From Mobula hypostoma (Eukaryota): a stretch of DNA of 64,000 nucleotides. Position numbers and translations under genes: made by a program. Every line of letters starts with the position of its first letter. Position 1 is the stretch's first letter. The stretch lies in NCBI RefSeq assembly GCF_963921235.1, contig NC_086107.1, forward strand, positions 115,136,001 to 115,200,000, in the 5' to 3' direction. Positions 44,501-57,000 of this stretch are shown here, piece by piece. Below the pieces are notes generated by a model. It was given only the letters and a program-made list of their open reading frames with translations. It was not told where the DNA came from and searched no databases.

Positions 44501-47500
44501 AGGCAGAGCCAGTGACTGCAAGCAGGAGTCAGAGAGGGAGCCGCGGACCCGCTGCACGTACCTCGGAAGGAGTGGAGTCAGAGGGGCGGAGTGGGAGGCA
44601 GGGTCAGAGATGGGTGGGATATACAGGGGGCGCAGATCTGGGGGGGGGTGTGCAGAGGGGCAGAGCCAGAGAGAGGTTTGGTATACAGGGGAACACTCAC
44701 AATGCGCTGGAGGAACTCAGCAGGTCAGTCAGCATCAGTTGAAAAGATTAGTCGACGTTTCGGGCCGAAACCCTTCATCAGGACTGAAGGAAGAACTTTG
44801 GGGAGGGTTTGAAGAATGCTGGTAGTTGAAAAAAACAGTAATTTTTAAGATAAAGGGGTGGGGGAGGGGAAGCAGGGAGGTGATTGGTGGGAGAACAACG
44901 TGCAGTAGTAGAAGGTGGCGGAACTATGAGGGAGGTGATGTGAAATAGGGATAGAGGAAGGGAAGGGGAGAGAATTACCGGAAGTTGGAGAATTCTATGT
45001 TCATACCAAGGGGCTGGAGACTACTTAGACGGTATATGAGGTGTTGCTCCTCCAACCTGAGTTTAGCCTCATCATGGCAGTAGAGGAGGCCATGTATGGA
45101 CATATCTGAATGGGAGTGGGAAGCAGAGTTGAAGTGGGTGGCTACCGGGAGATCCTGTCTGTTGTGGCGGACAGAGTGGAGGTGCAGGTATACAGGGGGC
45201 AGAGCCAGGGAGGGGCCGGATATAGAGGGGCAGAGTCAGGAGGGGTAGGGTATACAGAGGGGCAGAGCCAGCGAGGGGCCGGATAAAGAGAGGGGCAGAG
45301 TCGGGAGGGGTGGGGTACACAGAGGGGCAGAGCCAATGAGGGGCTGGATATAGAGGGGCAGAGTTAGAAAGGGGCTGGATATAGAGATGGGCAGAGCCAG
45401 TATGGGGTGACACACAGACTGCTGTGCGTGCGTTGGAAGGTTTGGAGTCGAAGGCGTTGGCCAAAGATGGTTTGGAATCATTAAAGGGGTGGAGCCAGTG
45501 ACAGAGGGAATGAATCAGGGAACCTCAGTGAACAGACTATGACAAGGAAAGGGTTGCCCACTCACTCCCAATAGACCCTTCGCTAACCCTCCCACTCCCC
45601 AATCCACACCCTCCTACCTCTCTCCCCCCCAACACCCTCCACTCTTCCCTTCCCTCTCCCCATGCCATCACGATTTCCTCTCCCTCGTTCTCCTCCCTTT
45701 TTGTACATTCCTCCCATCTTCGACCATACCCATTCCCCTTCATCCTCTTACCCTCTCCCCAATTCACACCGTCTACCCCTCCATCCTCCCACTCCCTCCG
45801 TCATCCCTTGCCCTACCCTCCGCTCCTCCTTTCCCTTGGTACATCCCTACCCCTGGCGGTCAGCCTCTGGTCCGCGTTGTCTGGCCGCAGCCCGAGCCGG
45901 AACTCCACCCGCCCACTGAACATGCGGTAGGGTTCATTGGTGCCCAGCGTGGTCAGGTCGTCGATCAGCACCCCAACGTACCCCTCGGTCCGTCCCACTA
46001 CGAACGGGCTAGACCCCCGCCCACGGAGGGCGGCGTTAATGCCTGCGATCAGCCCCTGGAGTTTGGGGGAGATGTGGGGACAGAGAGTGGGAAGGAATGG
46101 GGGGGAGAGAGGAAGACAGGAGCAGGTGGAAGGAGGGGTAGAGAGGAGGTGGGGAAAGGTGGGAGATGGAGAGAGCTGTGAACTGGTGCACTAATAAATT
46201 CTGCATCCACATTCCCACCGCTAACACCAGCATTTCCCGCCTCACCGCCAGGTTCCCCCCTCCCATCCACGTGAAGTGGTGGGTGCTGTGGTCTGGAACA
46301 CAGACCAATCCCACAGATGGTGAGCGGTGGGGTTTGGTGAGGGTGGACCACCACAGGTAAAGAACACAGTCCGATCCCACTGTCAGTAATGGGGAGGGGA
46401 GAAGCGGCCCCGGGGGGGCCATGCAAAGTTTCCCCGAGCAGGACACAGTCGGTGACGAGGAGGGAAGACTCTCCAAAGAGCGGCAGAGTAGGAAAACGTG
46501 GGGATAAAAGGGAAGGGGGAGTGCGCACTGTCCTTGGAGAGGCACAGCCCGATCCCGCCACCTGTGAGGGAGTCGGGGAAGGGAGGGAGGGTCCGCCAAG
46601 GGTAACTGAGGGTTCAGGGACAGATGGAACCCCCGGGGGTGGGGAGGGAGTTGTCAGATTACCTGAGCAGCTGCCTCCTCGTAGCCAGTGGTCCCATTAA
46701 TCTGTCCCGCCAGGAAGAGACCCTGAACCGCCTGGGTCTCCAACCAGGGGGTCAACTGTCGGGGGTCCACATAGTCATACTGTACCCCGTACCCTGTGGG
46801 CAGACAGAGAAGGGGGCAGTGTGAGGGGGGGAAGAGAAGAGAGTGGGGAGGGGGAGGGGAAAGAGATGGGGAGGAGAAGGAAGGGGGGAGGATGGAGGGA
46901 GAGGGGAGAATGGGGTTTGACGGGGATGGCGAGGAAGGGGAAGAGGGGAGGGGGAAGGTGAAGAGGGGGAGGGGAGGGGAAAGGAGGGAGGGGTGGGGAA
47001 AGGAAGGAGTGGGAAGGGCAGGGGGAAGGAGTGGGAAGGGGAAAGGAAGGAGGGGGAGGGGGAAGGGGAGGGGAGGGGGAAAGAGGGGGAGAGGAGAATG
47101 GGGTTTGAAAGGGTTTGCAAGGGGGTGCGGGAGAAGGATTGATGGCAGGTTGGGAGATGGGGGTTGAGAGGGGGATTAAAGAGAGGGCAGGGAATAGAGG
47201 GAAGAAGGGAAAAGTAAAACTTCCACTCCTTATAAACCAATGAGCTCTACCCCCACCTCCTCACCCCTCCATCTTCTCTTCTGTCACCTAATCTTTTCCT
47301 TCACCACTGTCACCTCCTCTTCCCTTCCCCTCGCCACACCTCCCAATTCTCTTCACTGTCCTCTTCCCCCCTCCCCTCCCTTCCCACTCTCCCTCAAACT
47401 TCTTCTTTCTTTCCCTGCCATCTCCACAACTTTCATCATCCCAATCCTTACCTATCCTCAAGTCCTTCCCCCTCCCTCCCTCCTCACTTCTCCTCCTTTG

Positions 47501-50500
47501 TTTTCTCTCCCCACTTGCTCTCCTATTCTCCCACTTCCTTCCTCCCACCCACCTCCCCTGTCTTTCCTGTCCCTCCCCTCTTCTGCCCTCCTAACCCTCT
47601 GTCTCATCCCCTCTCCCCACCAGTCGGTCACCCTGTTCCTTACTCACCAGGCTGCAGGATTTCGGCCGTCTCCAGGCCGGGAATGGAGTTGACCAGCTGC
47701 TGCTGCAGGACAGGGGGGAGGGTGGTGGACAGACCCTGGGGGTACAGGACGTCCGAGCACAGACCTTCAGGCTCCAGCCACACCTGGTGGCAGCGGCCGG
47801 AGAAACGGAGCACCTTGGCCTCCAGGGAGGGGCAGTACCTGGGGTGGGGGTGAGCTGAGAGTTACGAACGGAGAGAGGGTTGGGGAGGGGGGGAACAGAG
47901 GAAGTGGGGTGAGGGAAGATGGGGGATACAGGAAGGAAGAGTAGGGGGTGAAAGACTGGGAAGTCGAAGTGAGCAGGGAGGGTGAGGCGGATTCCGCAAA
48001 CACACACACAGTCAGAGTCACACAGACACACAAACACTCACAAACACACACACAGTCACATAGACACACACAGAGACACACACACACACAGACACACAGA
48101 GTCACAGTCACACAGACACACAAACACTCACAAACACACACACAGTCACACAGACACACACAGAGACACACACACACAGACACACAGAGTCACAGTCACA
48201 CAGACACACAAACACTCACAAACACACACAGTCACACAGACACACACAGAGACACACACACACAGACACACAGTCACAGTCACACAGACACACAAACACT
48301 CACAAACACACACACAGTCACATAGACACACACAGAGACACACACACACAAACATTGTCAGAGTCAGTCACACAGACACACAAACACAGAGTCACAGTCA
48401 CAGAGACACAGAAACACTCACAAACACACACACAGTCACATAGACACACACAGAGACACACACACACAGACACACCAACACAGAGTCACAGTCACAAAGA
48501 CACCCACAAACACACACAGTCAGAGTCACACAGACACACTCTGACACACAAACACTTGCAAACGCACACAGACAGAGGGGGGTGGTAGAGAAAGTGTGAA
48601 GGGGGAGTTGCCGCTTTGGGGGAGCGGGAGAGAGAGGCCGCGTGGTGAAGACAAGAAGGGGGTGTGTGGCGAAGAGGCGGGTGGGGGGCAGGGATCTGCT
48701 CTGATTACCGAGGTCCGCGGGTGGTCTCCTGGACGTGAGGGTTGAGGTGCAGATTCTCTCTGACGAGGCGCTCAGCCTCAGGACCCGTGTGGGTGAGGTA
48801 ACAGGGTAGCTGCTCATCTGGCTGGAGAAAATGTTGGGGGGGGGGAGAGAGTTATTGAGTACTGTACTCCTCTCTGACCATCCCTCTTCAATCCTCCACC
48901 CTCTCTCACTCTGCCTCTCCCCTCCTCATCCCCCATCTGCTCCCCCATCTCCCACCTTGCCTTCACACCTGCACATCCTCTCTCCCTCCTCACCCTCACA
49001 CACTCCGCCTGTCTCTCCTCATCCCACCCACTCCCATCTTTCCGTCCACATTTCCCCAACCAGGTACCCCTCTCTCTTCACCATTACTACTCTCCCCATC
49101 ATCGCACCTTCTCTCCCATCCCCTCACTCTCCCTCCATCCTCAGCCCCCTCCCTCCTTGCATCCAATCCTATCCCTCCCTCGTATCCCATCCTTGTCTTC
49201 CCTCTCCATTCCCCCTCCCCCCTCCATTCCACCTCTCCCACCCCATCTCCGTTTCACCTCTCCTTCCCTCCCTCTGTTCCACCTCTCCCTCCCCCCTCTC
49301 CATGTCCCTCTTCCTCTCAGTTCTTTTCCCCCATCGCCCACCTGAATGGTCACGCTGGTGTTGAGGAAGCTGAAGGGGATGGGTCGGCTGTCCCCCCTGT
49401 GGGTCTCCAACACCCCAAGATTTACTGTGTCCCGCTGTATCCGAGGGGGCGTCCCTGTCAGGCGTAAACATCCGGTCAGTCGACTCAGGCATGGTTGGGT
49501 GAGAGGAAGAAATGGCAGGGTGGGAAACAGAGAGAGGGGGGGCAGCGAGTGAGGGGAGGAGGGTGGGAGAAGGGGTGAGGGGGTGAAGGGTGGGGGGAAG
49601 GGTAGGGGTGAGGTGGGAAGTTCACATTGAAAACACGCCTCGTTGTATAGACCCTGGGAGGTGCAGTAGGGTTGGGGCATGGCAGGTACAGGCCAAGTCA
49701 AGGCAGCAGGCTCCGGCCTCAGAGCAAGGAATGAGACGAAGTGTGGCTGCTTTAAGCACCGAGCCAAATTGAAAGGTCAGGCGTTGGGGCCAGAGGCAAA
49801 GGATAGGCTGGTGTCAGCTCGCTGCTGCACAAGATTTACTCGTCTTTGCACTGAACTGAGGCAGCGGCTCCTGCACCGGCTACTGCGATGAACCGGTTGG
49901 TGGCTGTGGATTCATTTTCGTCAGCTTTCGTTCTGAGTGTGACTGGGTGTCAGATGGGCTCTACACGGTTTCTTTGTTTTGCAGCGGTGGGTACGGTGAT
50001 GAATTTCGATGTTGTATATAGTATAGATACTTTGAAAATAAATGTACTTTGGGCAAACAGATAAATACAGGGAGAACAAGCCCAGATACACATGCAGGTA
50101 CACACTCTCTCAGCGAGAGACACACACACACCTGAGCAGATGTACCCGCTCACACACTGCGACACGTACACACACACAGATGGGGTCAGACACATGTACA
50201 AACGCCGCGCCGGGCTCCCTACCCGTCTTCAGCCGGCCCAGACGGAAGCCGAGCTGTTTCAGCGTCTGAGCCAAACCAATCGACGGCCTGTCCCCCAGCC
50301 GGCCAGCCGGGCGCCGCTCCTGACCCAGGAAGATCTCCGCCCGCAAGAAGGTGCCAGTGGCCAGAGCAACGCACGGAGACAGGACGGATGACCCATCCGC
50401 TGCAGGAGAGAGCAGAGACTGAGAGCGGTGGGAGGGGAGCAGGGGAAGGAAGGGAGGATGGTAGGGAGAGGTGAGTATGGAGGGAGGGAGGGGAGATGGG

Positions 50501-51051
50501 GTGAAGGAGGTCAGGATGGAGGGAGGGGAAGGAGGTGAGGGAGGAGGGGGAGGGTAGTAAGGATGGAGGGAAAGAAGGAAGGGAGGATGGAGGAAGGTAG
50601 GTGAGGATAGCGAGGGTGAGATTGACATGACGGGGAGAGGTGAGGGTGGAGGGGGAGGGAGGAGAGAGGGAAGTGAGGATGGGGGAAGGCAGGTGACGAT
50701 GCATGGGTAGGAAACAGAACTTTTGACTCCTACTCCCTCACAAACTCAAGTACCTCTTTCCACCTCTTCCTCTTTCCCTCCCTCCTCACAACACCCCAAC
50801 CTTGCTTCTTCCCTCCTTCTTTTCCTACATTTCCACCTCTGGTACCTTCCCTCCACCCTCTGCCTATCCACTCAGACCTTTTTCAACCAACCCCTCCTCT
50901 CATTCCCTCTCGCCCTCGTCTCTCCAAACTCACCGAGCCGAACTCCTCGTACTCGCCACTTTCCTGGTCTCGTAGCGTCGGGTTCTGAGATCAGCAGATC
51001 CTCGATGGAGCCCTCTCTTACCTGCAGCCCCGGAATACTGGCCAATTCCTC
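41410..51051 (-). CDS. MTO1: Mitochondrial tRNA modification protein MTO1 (GidA/MnmG family); 5'-incomplete, last 11 coding exons
   Basis: Exons (- strand): 51051-50934, 50399-50223, 49454-49342, 48821-48709, 47838-47648, 46793-46663, 46055-45851, 44475-44304, 43130-43012, 42719-42562, 41523-41410; 1611 nt in frame. GidA motifs: [73 protein letters not shown]. Confidence 0.96.
41556..42498. repeat. 58-75-nt minisatellite filling the last MTO1 intron
   Basis: ggggagaggggtcactgagggatggtgtgggggagctggattaacgtca...gtgacagtgca. Confidence 0.92.
42562..42719 (-). CDS. MTO1: MTO1 exon (VYQG...LPEDLDY...SLSQEVRE...RPQT)
   Basis: cag| ... |gtgggt. Confidence 0.92.
43012..43130 (-). CDS. MTO1: MTO1 exon ([10 protein letters not shown]...DRFKIE)
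   Basis: cag| ... |gtgagt. Confidence 0.9.
43650..44287. mobile_element. Probable old non-autonomous hAT-type DNA transposon
   Basis: AT-rich island with degenerate TIRs: cactgatcccactac versus the reverse complement of ttagagggaacgttg (10/15 match). Possible decayed 8-bp TSD cccacatt/tctgcatc. Confidence 0.5.
43843..43935 (-). pseudogene. Duplicated fragment of an MTO1 exon (42562-42719) 3' half plus its donor site
   Basis: aggtcccaagaataaattacccaccgtc...cgcacctcctgggac...gacaccttcacgctg.ggtagtca.gatcctcaggaa matches 42538-42647 with one internal deletion. Confidence 0.85.
44304..44475 (-). CDS. MTO1: MTO1 exon (YAEAGCVS...)
   Basis: cag| ... |gtcagt. Confidence 0.9.
44692..45186 (-). mobile_element. 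Penelope-like element 3' fragment (GIY-YIG endonuclease C-terminus plus terminal repeat)
   Basis: 45184-44975(-) translates [69 protein letters not shown]; flanking direct repeat GGTATACAGGGG (44680-44691, 45187-45198). Confidence 0.82.
44750..44785 (-). ncRNA. Minimal type I hammerhead ribozyme motif (Penelope-associated)
   Basis: Minus strand: AGUC-CUGAUGA-A-GGGU(UUCG)GCCC-GAAA-C-GUC-GACU; stem I AGUC/GACU, stem II with UUCG loop, palindromic ACGU helix III, GUC cleavage triplet. Confidence 0.7.
45851..46055 (-). CDS. MTO1: MTO1 exon (GLIAGINAA...[10 protein letters not shown])
   Basis: cag| ... |gtaggg. Confidence 0.95.
46663..46793 (-). CDS. MTO1: MTO1 exon (YGVQYDY...[16 protein letters not shown])
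   Basis: cag| ... |gtaatc. Confidence 0.95.
47648..47838 (-). CDS. MTO1: MTO1 exon ([12 protein letters not shown]...HQVWLEPEG...ILQP)
   Basis: cag| ... |gtgagt. Confidence 0.94.
47997..48572. repeat. CA-rich compound minisatellite
   Basis: cacagtcacacagacacacaaacactcacaaacacacacac repeats. Confidence 0.88.
48709..48821 (-). CDS. MTO1: MTO1 exon ([12 protein letters not shown]...RGPR)
   Basis: cag| ... |gtaatc. Confidence 0.93.
49342..49454 (-). CDS. MTO1: MTO1 exon (TPPRI...PIPFSFLN)
   Basis: cag| ... |gtgggc. Confidence 0.92.
49640..50051 (+). mobile_element. Probable non-autonomous retroposon with a LINE-like 3' tail
   Basis: Ends gatgaatttcgatgttgtatatagtatagatactttgaaaataaatgtactttg; family assignment uncertain. 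Confidence 0.45.
50223..50399 (-). CDS. MTO1: MTO1 exon (DGSSV...TGTFLR...GRLKT)
   Basis: cag| ... |gtaggg. Confidence 0.93.
50934..51051 (-). CDS. MTO1: MTO1 exon ([20 protein letters not shown]...GVRL)
   Basis: cag| ... |gtgagt. Confidence 0.9.
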
Positions 51052-51084
51052 CTGAGAATGATGGAGAGAAAATGGAGCGGGGAG

Positions 51085-54000
51085 AACTTCACTCTGTGTC
51101 TGACCCCGGGAGTGTGTGATGGGACGGTGTGGAGGCAGATTCACTCTGTGTCTGACCCCGGAAGTGTGTGATGGGACGGTGTGGAGGGAGCATCACTCTG
51201 TGCCTGATCCCGGGAGTGTGCGATGGGACGGTGTGGAGGGAACTTCACTCTGTGTCTGATCCCGGGAGTGTGTGTTGGGTCGGTGTGGAGGGAGTTTCAC
51301 TCTGTGTCTGACTCCTGGAGTGTGTGATGGGATGGTGTGGCGGGGGAACTTCATTCTATGTCTGACCCCGGGAGAGTGCGATGGGACGGTGTGGAGGGTA
51401 CTTCACTCTGTGTCTGACCCCTGGAGTGTGTGATCGGACAGTGCGGAGGGAGATTCACTCTGTGTCTGACCCCGGGAGTGTGTGATGGGACGGAGCGGAG
51501 GGAGATTCACTGTGTGTCTGACCCCGGGAGTGTGTGATGGGACAGTGCGGAGGGAGATTCACTCTGTGTCTGACCCCGGAAGTGTGTGATGGGATGGTGT
51601 GGCGGGGGAACATCATTCTATGTCTGACCCCGGGAGTGTGTGATGGGACGCTGTGGAGGGAGCTTCACTCTGTGTCTGACCCCGGGAGTGTGTGATGGGA
51701 CGGTGTGGAGGGAGCTTCACTCTGTGTCTGACCCCGGGAGTGTGTGATAGGACGGTGTGGAGGGAGTTTCACTCTGTGTCTGACCCTGGGAGTGTGTGAT
51801 GGGACGGTGTGGAGGGAGTTTCACTCTGTGTCTGACCCCGGGAGTGTGTGATGGGACGGTGTGGAAGGAGATTCACTCTGTGTCTGACCCCGGGAGTGTG
51901 TGATGGGACGGTGTGGAGGCAAGATTCACTCTGTGTCTGACCCCGGAAGTGTGTGATGGGACGGTGTGGAGGGAGCATCACTCTGTGCCTGATCCCGGGA
52001 GTGTGCGATGGGACGGTGTGGAGGGAACTTCACTCTGTGTCTGATCCCGGGAGTGTGTGTTGGGTCGGTGCGGAGGGAGTTTCACTCTGTGTCTGACTCC
52101 TGGAGTGTGTGATGGGATGGTGTGGCGGGGGAACTTCATTCTATGTCTGACCCCGGGAGAGTGCGATGGGACGGTGTGGATGGTACTTCACTCTGTGTCT
52201 GACCCCTGGAGTGTGTGATGGGACAGTGCGGAGGGAGATTCACTCTGTGTGTGACCCCGGGAGTGTGTGATGGGACGGAGCGGAGGGAGATTCACTGTGG
52301 GTCTGACCCCGGGAGTGTGTGATGGGACAGTGTGGAGGGAGATTCACTCTGCGTCTGACACCGAGAGTGTGTGATGGGACGGTGTGGAGGGAGCTTTACT
52401 CTGTGTCTGATCCCGGGAGTGTGTGATGGGACGGTGTGGAGGGAGCTTCATTCTGTGTCTGATCCCGGGAGTGTGTGATGGGACGGTATGGAGGGAGTTT
52501 CACTCTGTGCCTGACCCCTGGAGTGTGTGATGGGATGGTGTGGCAGGGGAACATCATTCTATGTCTGACCCCGGGAGAGTGCGATGGGACGGTGTGGAGG
52601 GTACTTCACTCTGTGTCTGACCACTGGAGTGTGTGTTGGGACAGTGCGGAGGGAGATTCACTCTGTGTCTGACCCCGGGAGTGTGTGATGGGACAGTGTG
52701 GAGGGAGATTCACTCTGTGTCTGACACCGAGAGTGTGTGATGGGACGGTGTGGAGGGAGCTTCACTCTGTGTCTGATCCCGGGAGTGTGTGATGGGACGG
52801 TATGGAGGGAGTTTCACTCTGTGTCTGACCCCTGGAGTGTGTGATGGGATGGTGTGGCGGGGGAACTTCACTCTATGTCTGATCCCGGGAGAGTGCGATA
52901 GAACGGTGTGGAGGGAGCATCACTCTGTGTCTGACCCCGGGAGTGTGTGATGCGACGGTGTGGAGGGAGATTCACTCTGTGTCTGACCCCGGGAGTGTGT
53001 GATGGGACGGCGTGTAGGGAGATTCACTCTGTGCCTGACCCCTGGAGTGTGTGATGGGACGGTGTGGAGGGAGCTTCACTCTGTGTCTGATCCCGGGAGT
53101 GTGTGATGGGACGTTGTGGAGGGTGTTTCACTCTGTGTCTGACCCCGGGAGTGTGTGATGGGACAGAGTGGAGGGAATTTCACTCTGTTTCTGACTCCAG
53201 GAGTGCGTGATGGGACGGCGTGCAGGGAGATTCACTCTGCGCCTGACCCCGGGAGTGTGTGATGGGACGGTGTGGAGGGAGCTTCACTCTGTGTCTGACC
53301 CCGGGAGTGTGTGATGGGACGGTATGGAGGGAGGTTCACTCTATGTCTGACCCCAGGAGAGAGTGATGGGACGGTGTGGATGGAACTTCACTGTGTGTCT
53401 GAGCCCGGGAGTGTGTAATGGCGCGGTGTGGATGGAATTACACTATGTGTCTGATACCGGGAGTGTGTGACGGGACTGTGTGGAGGGAGATTCACTGTGT
53501 GTCTGACCCCTGGAGTGTGTGATGGGACGGTGGGGAGGGAGAGTCACTGTGTGTCTGACCCCGGGAGTGTGTGACGGGACGGTGTGGAGGGAGTTTAACC
53601 CTGCGTCTGACCCCTGGAGTGTGTGATGGGACGGTGCGGAGGGAGATTCACTCTGCATCTGACCCCGGGAGTGTGTGATGGGACGGTGTGGAGGGAGCTT
53701 CACTCTGTGTCTGACCCCGGGAGTGTGTGATGGGACGGTATGGAGGGAGGTTCACTCTATGTCTGACCCCAGGAGAGTGTGATGGGACGGTGTGGAGGGA
53801 GCTTCACTCTGTGTCTGACCCCGGGAGTGTGTGATGGGACGGTGTGCAGGGAACTTCACTCTGTGTCTGACCCCGGGAGTGCGTGATGGGACGGTGTGGA
53901 GGGAGATTCACTCGTGTATGACCCCGGGAGTGTGTGATGGGACAGTGTGGAGGGAGCATCACTCTGTGTCTGACCCCGGGAGTGTGTGATGCGACGGTGT

Positions 54001-57000
54001 GGAGGGAGATTCACTCTGTGTCTGACCCCGGGAGTGTGTGATGGGACGGCGTGTAGGGAGATTCACTCCGTGCCTGACCCCGGCAGTGTTGATGGGACGG
54101 CGTGGAGGGAGTTTCACTCTGCGTTTGACCCCTGGAGAGTGTGATGGTACGGCGTGGAGGGAGACTCTGTGTCTGACCCCTGGAGTGTGTGATGGGACCG
54201 TGTGGAGGGAATTTCACTCTGTGTCTGATCCCGGGAGTGTGGGATGGGACGGTGTGGAGGGAGATTCACTCTGTGTCTGACCCCAAGAGTGTGTTATGGG
54301 ACGGTATGGAGGGAGATTCACTCTGTGTCTGACCCAGGGAGTGTGTGATGGGACGGTGTGGAGGGAGCATCACTCTGTGTCTGACACCGAGAGTGTGTGA
54401 TGGGACGGTCTGGAGGGAGTTTCACTCTGTGTCTGACCCCTGGAGTGTGTGATGCGACGGTGTGGAGGGAGATTCACTCTGTGTCTGACCCCTGGAGTGT
54501 GTGATGGGACGGTGTGGAAGGAGTTTCACTCTGTGTCTGACCCCGGGAGTGTGTGATGGGACGGTGTGGAGGGAGCTTCACTCTGTGCCTGACCCCGGGA
54601 GTGTGTGATGGGACGGTGTGGAGAGAGCTTCACTCTGCATCTGACCCCAGGAGTGTGTGATGGGACGGTGTGGAGGGAGCTTCACTCTGTGTCTGACACC
54701 AGAAGTGTGTGATGGGACGGTGTGGATGGAGCATCATTCTGTGTCTGATCCTGGGAGTGTGTGATCGGACGGTATGGAGGGAGTTTCACTCTGTGTCTGA
54801 CCCCTGGAGTGTGTGATGGGATGGTGTGGAGGGGGCACTTCATTCTATGCCTGACCCCAGGAGTGTGTGATGGGACAGTGTGGAAGGAACTTCACTCTGT
54901 GTCTGACCCTGGGAGTGTGTGATGGGACGGTGTGGAGGGAGCTTCACTCTGTGTCTGACCCCGGGAGTGTGTGATGGGACGGTGTGGAAGGAACTTCACT
55001 CTGTGTCTGACCCTGGGAGTGTGTGATGGGACGGTGTGGAGGGAGCTTCACTCTGTGTCTGATATCGGGAGTGTGTGATGGGACGGTGTGGAGGGAGCTT
55101 CACTCTGTATCTGATCCTGGGAGTGTGTGATGGGACGGTATGGAGGGAGTTTCACTCTGTGTCTGACCCCTGGAGTGTGTGATGGTATGGTATGGAGGGA
55201 GATTCACTCTGTGTCTGACCCCTGGAGTGTGTGATGGGATGGTGTGGCGGGGGAACTTCATTCTATGTCTGACCCCGGGACTGTGTGATGGGACGGTGTG
55301 GAGGGAGATTCACTCTGTGTCTGACCCCTGGAGTGTGTGATGGGATGGTGTGGCGGGGGAACTTCATTCTATGTCTGACCCCGGGACAGTGCGATGGGAC
55401 GGTGTGGAGGGAGCTTTACTCTGTGTCTGATCCCGGGATTGTGTGATGGGACGGTGCGGAGGGAGATTCACTCTGTGTCTGACCCCGGGAGTGTGTGATG
55501 GGACGGTGCGGAGGGAGATTCACTCTGTGTCTGACCCCGGGAGTGTGTGACGGGACGGTGTGGAGGGAGTTTCACCCTGCGTCTGACCCCTGGAGTGTGT
55601 GATGGGACGTTGTGGAGGGAGTTTCACTCTGTGTCTGACCCCAGGAGAGTGTGATGGGACGGTGTGGAGGGAACTTCACTCTGTGTCTGATCCCGGGAGT
55701 GTGTGATGGGACAGAATGGAGGGAACTTCACTCTGTGTCTGACCCCTGGAGCGTGTGATGGTACGGCGTGGAGGGAGATTCACTCTGTGTCTGACCCCGG
55801 GAGTGTGTGATGGGACGGTGTGGAGGGAACTTCACTCTGGGTCTGATCCCGGGAGTGTGTGATGGGACGGTATGGAGGGAGTTTCACTCTGTGTCTGACC
55901 CCTGGAGTGTGTGATGAGACGGTGTGGAGGGAGCTTCACTCTGCGTCTGACCCCAGGAGTGTGTGATAGGACGATGTGGAGGGAGTTTCACTCTGTGTCT
56001 GACCCCTGGAGTGTGTGATGAGAGGTGTGGAGGGAGCTTCACTCTGTGTCTGTTCCCCGGAGTGTGTGATGGGACGGTATGGAGGGAGTTTCACTCTGTG
56101 TCTGACCCCTGGAGTGTGTGATGAGACGGTGTGGAGGGAGCTTCACTCTGCGTCTGACCCCAGGAGTGTGTGATAGGACGATGTGGAGGGAGTTTCACTC
56201 TGTGTCTGACCCCTGGAGTGTGTGATGAGAGGTGTGGAGGGAGCTTCACTCTCTGTCTGTTCCCCGGAGTGTGTGATGGGACGGTGTGGATGGAACTTCA
56301 CTGTGTGTCTGACTCCGGCAGTGTGTGATGGGACGGTGTGGAGGGATCTTCACTCTGTGTCTGATCCCGGGAGTGTGTGATGGGACGGTGTGGAGAGTGT
56401 TTCACTCTGTGTCTGACCCCTGGAGTGTGTGATGGGACGGTGGGGAGGGAGATTCACTCTGTGTCTGACCCCGGGAGTGTGTGATGGGACGGTATGGAGG
56501 GTGTTTCACTCTGTGTCTGACCCCTGGAGTGTGTGATGGGACGGTGCGGAGGGAGTTTCACTCTGCGTCTGACCCCGGGAGTGTGTGATGGGACGGTGTG
56601 GAGGGAACTTCACTCTGTGTCTGACCCCGGGTGTGTGTGATGGGACGGTGTGGAGGGAAGTTCTCTCTGTGTCTGACGCCGGGAGTGTGTGATGGGACGG
56701 TGTGGAGGGAATTTCACTCTGTGTCTGATCCCGGGAGTGTGGGATGGGACGGTGTGGAGGGAGATTCACTCTGTGTCTGACCCCAAGAGTGTGTAATGGG
56801 ACGGTGTGGAGGGAGATTCACTCTGTGTCTGATATCGGGAGTGTGTGATGGGACGGTGTGGAGGGAGCATCACTCTGTGTCTGACACCGAGAGTGTGTGT
56901 GATGGGACGGTGTGGAGGGAGATTCACTCTGTGTCTGACCCCGGGAGTGTGTGATGGGACGGTATGGAGGGTGTTTCACTCCGTGTCTGACACCTGGAGT

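Larger units (their letters stand above)
44600..45410. repeat. Degenerate ~31-nt tandem repeat interrupted by the Penelope fragment
   Basis: ggatatagaggggcagagcca variants on both sides of the insertion. Confidence 0.7.
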
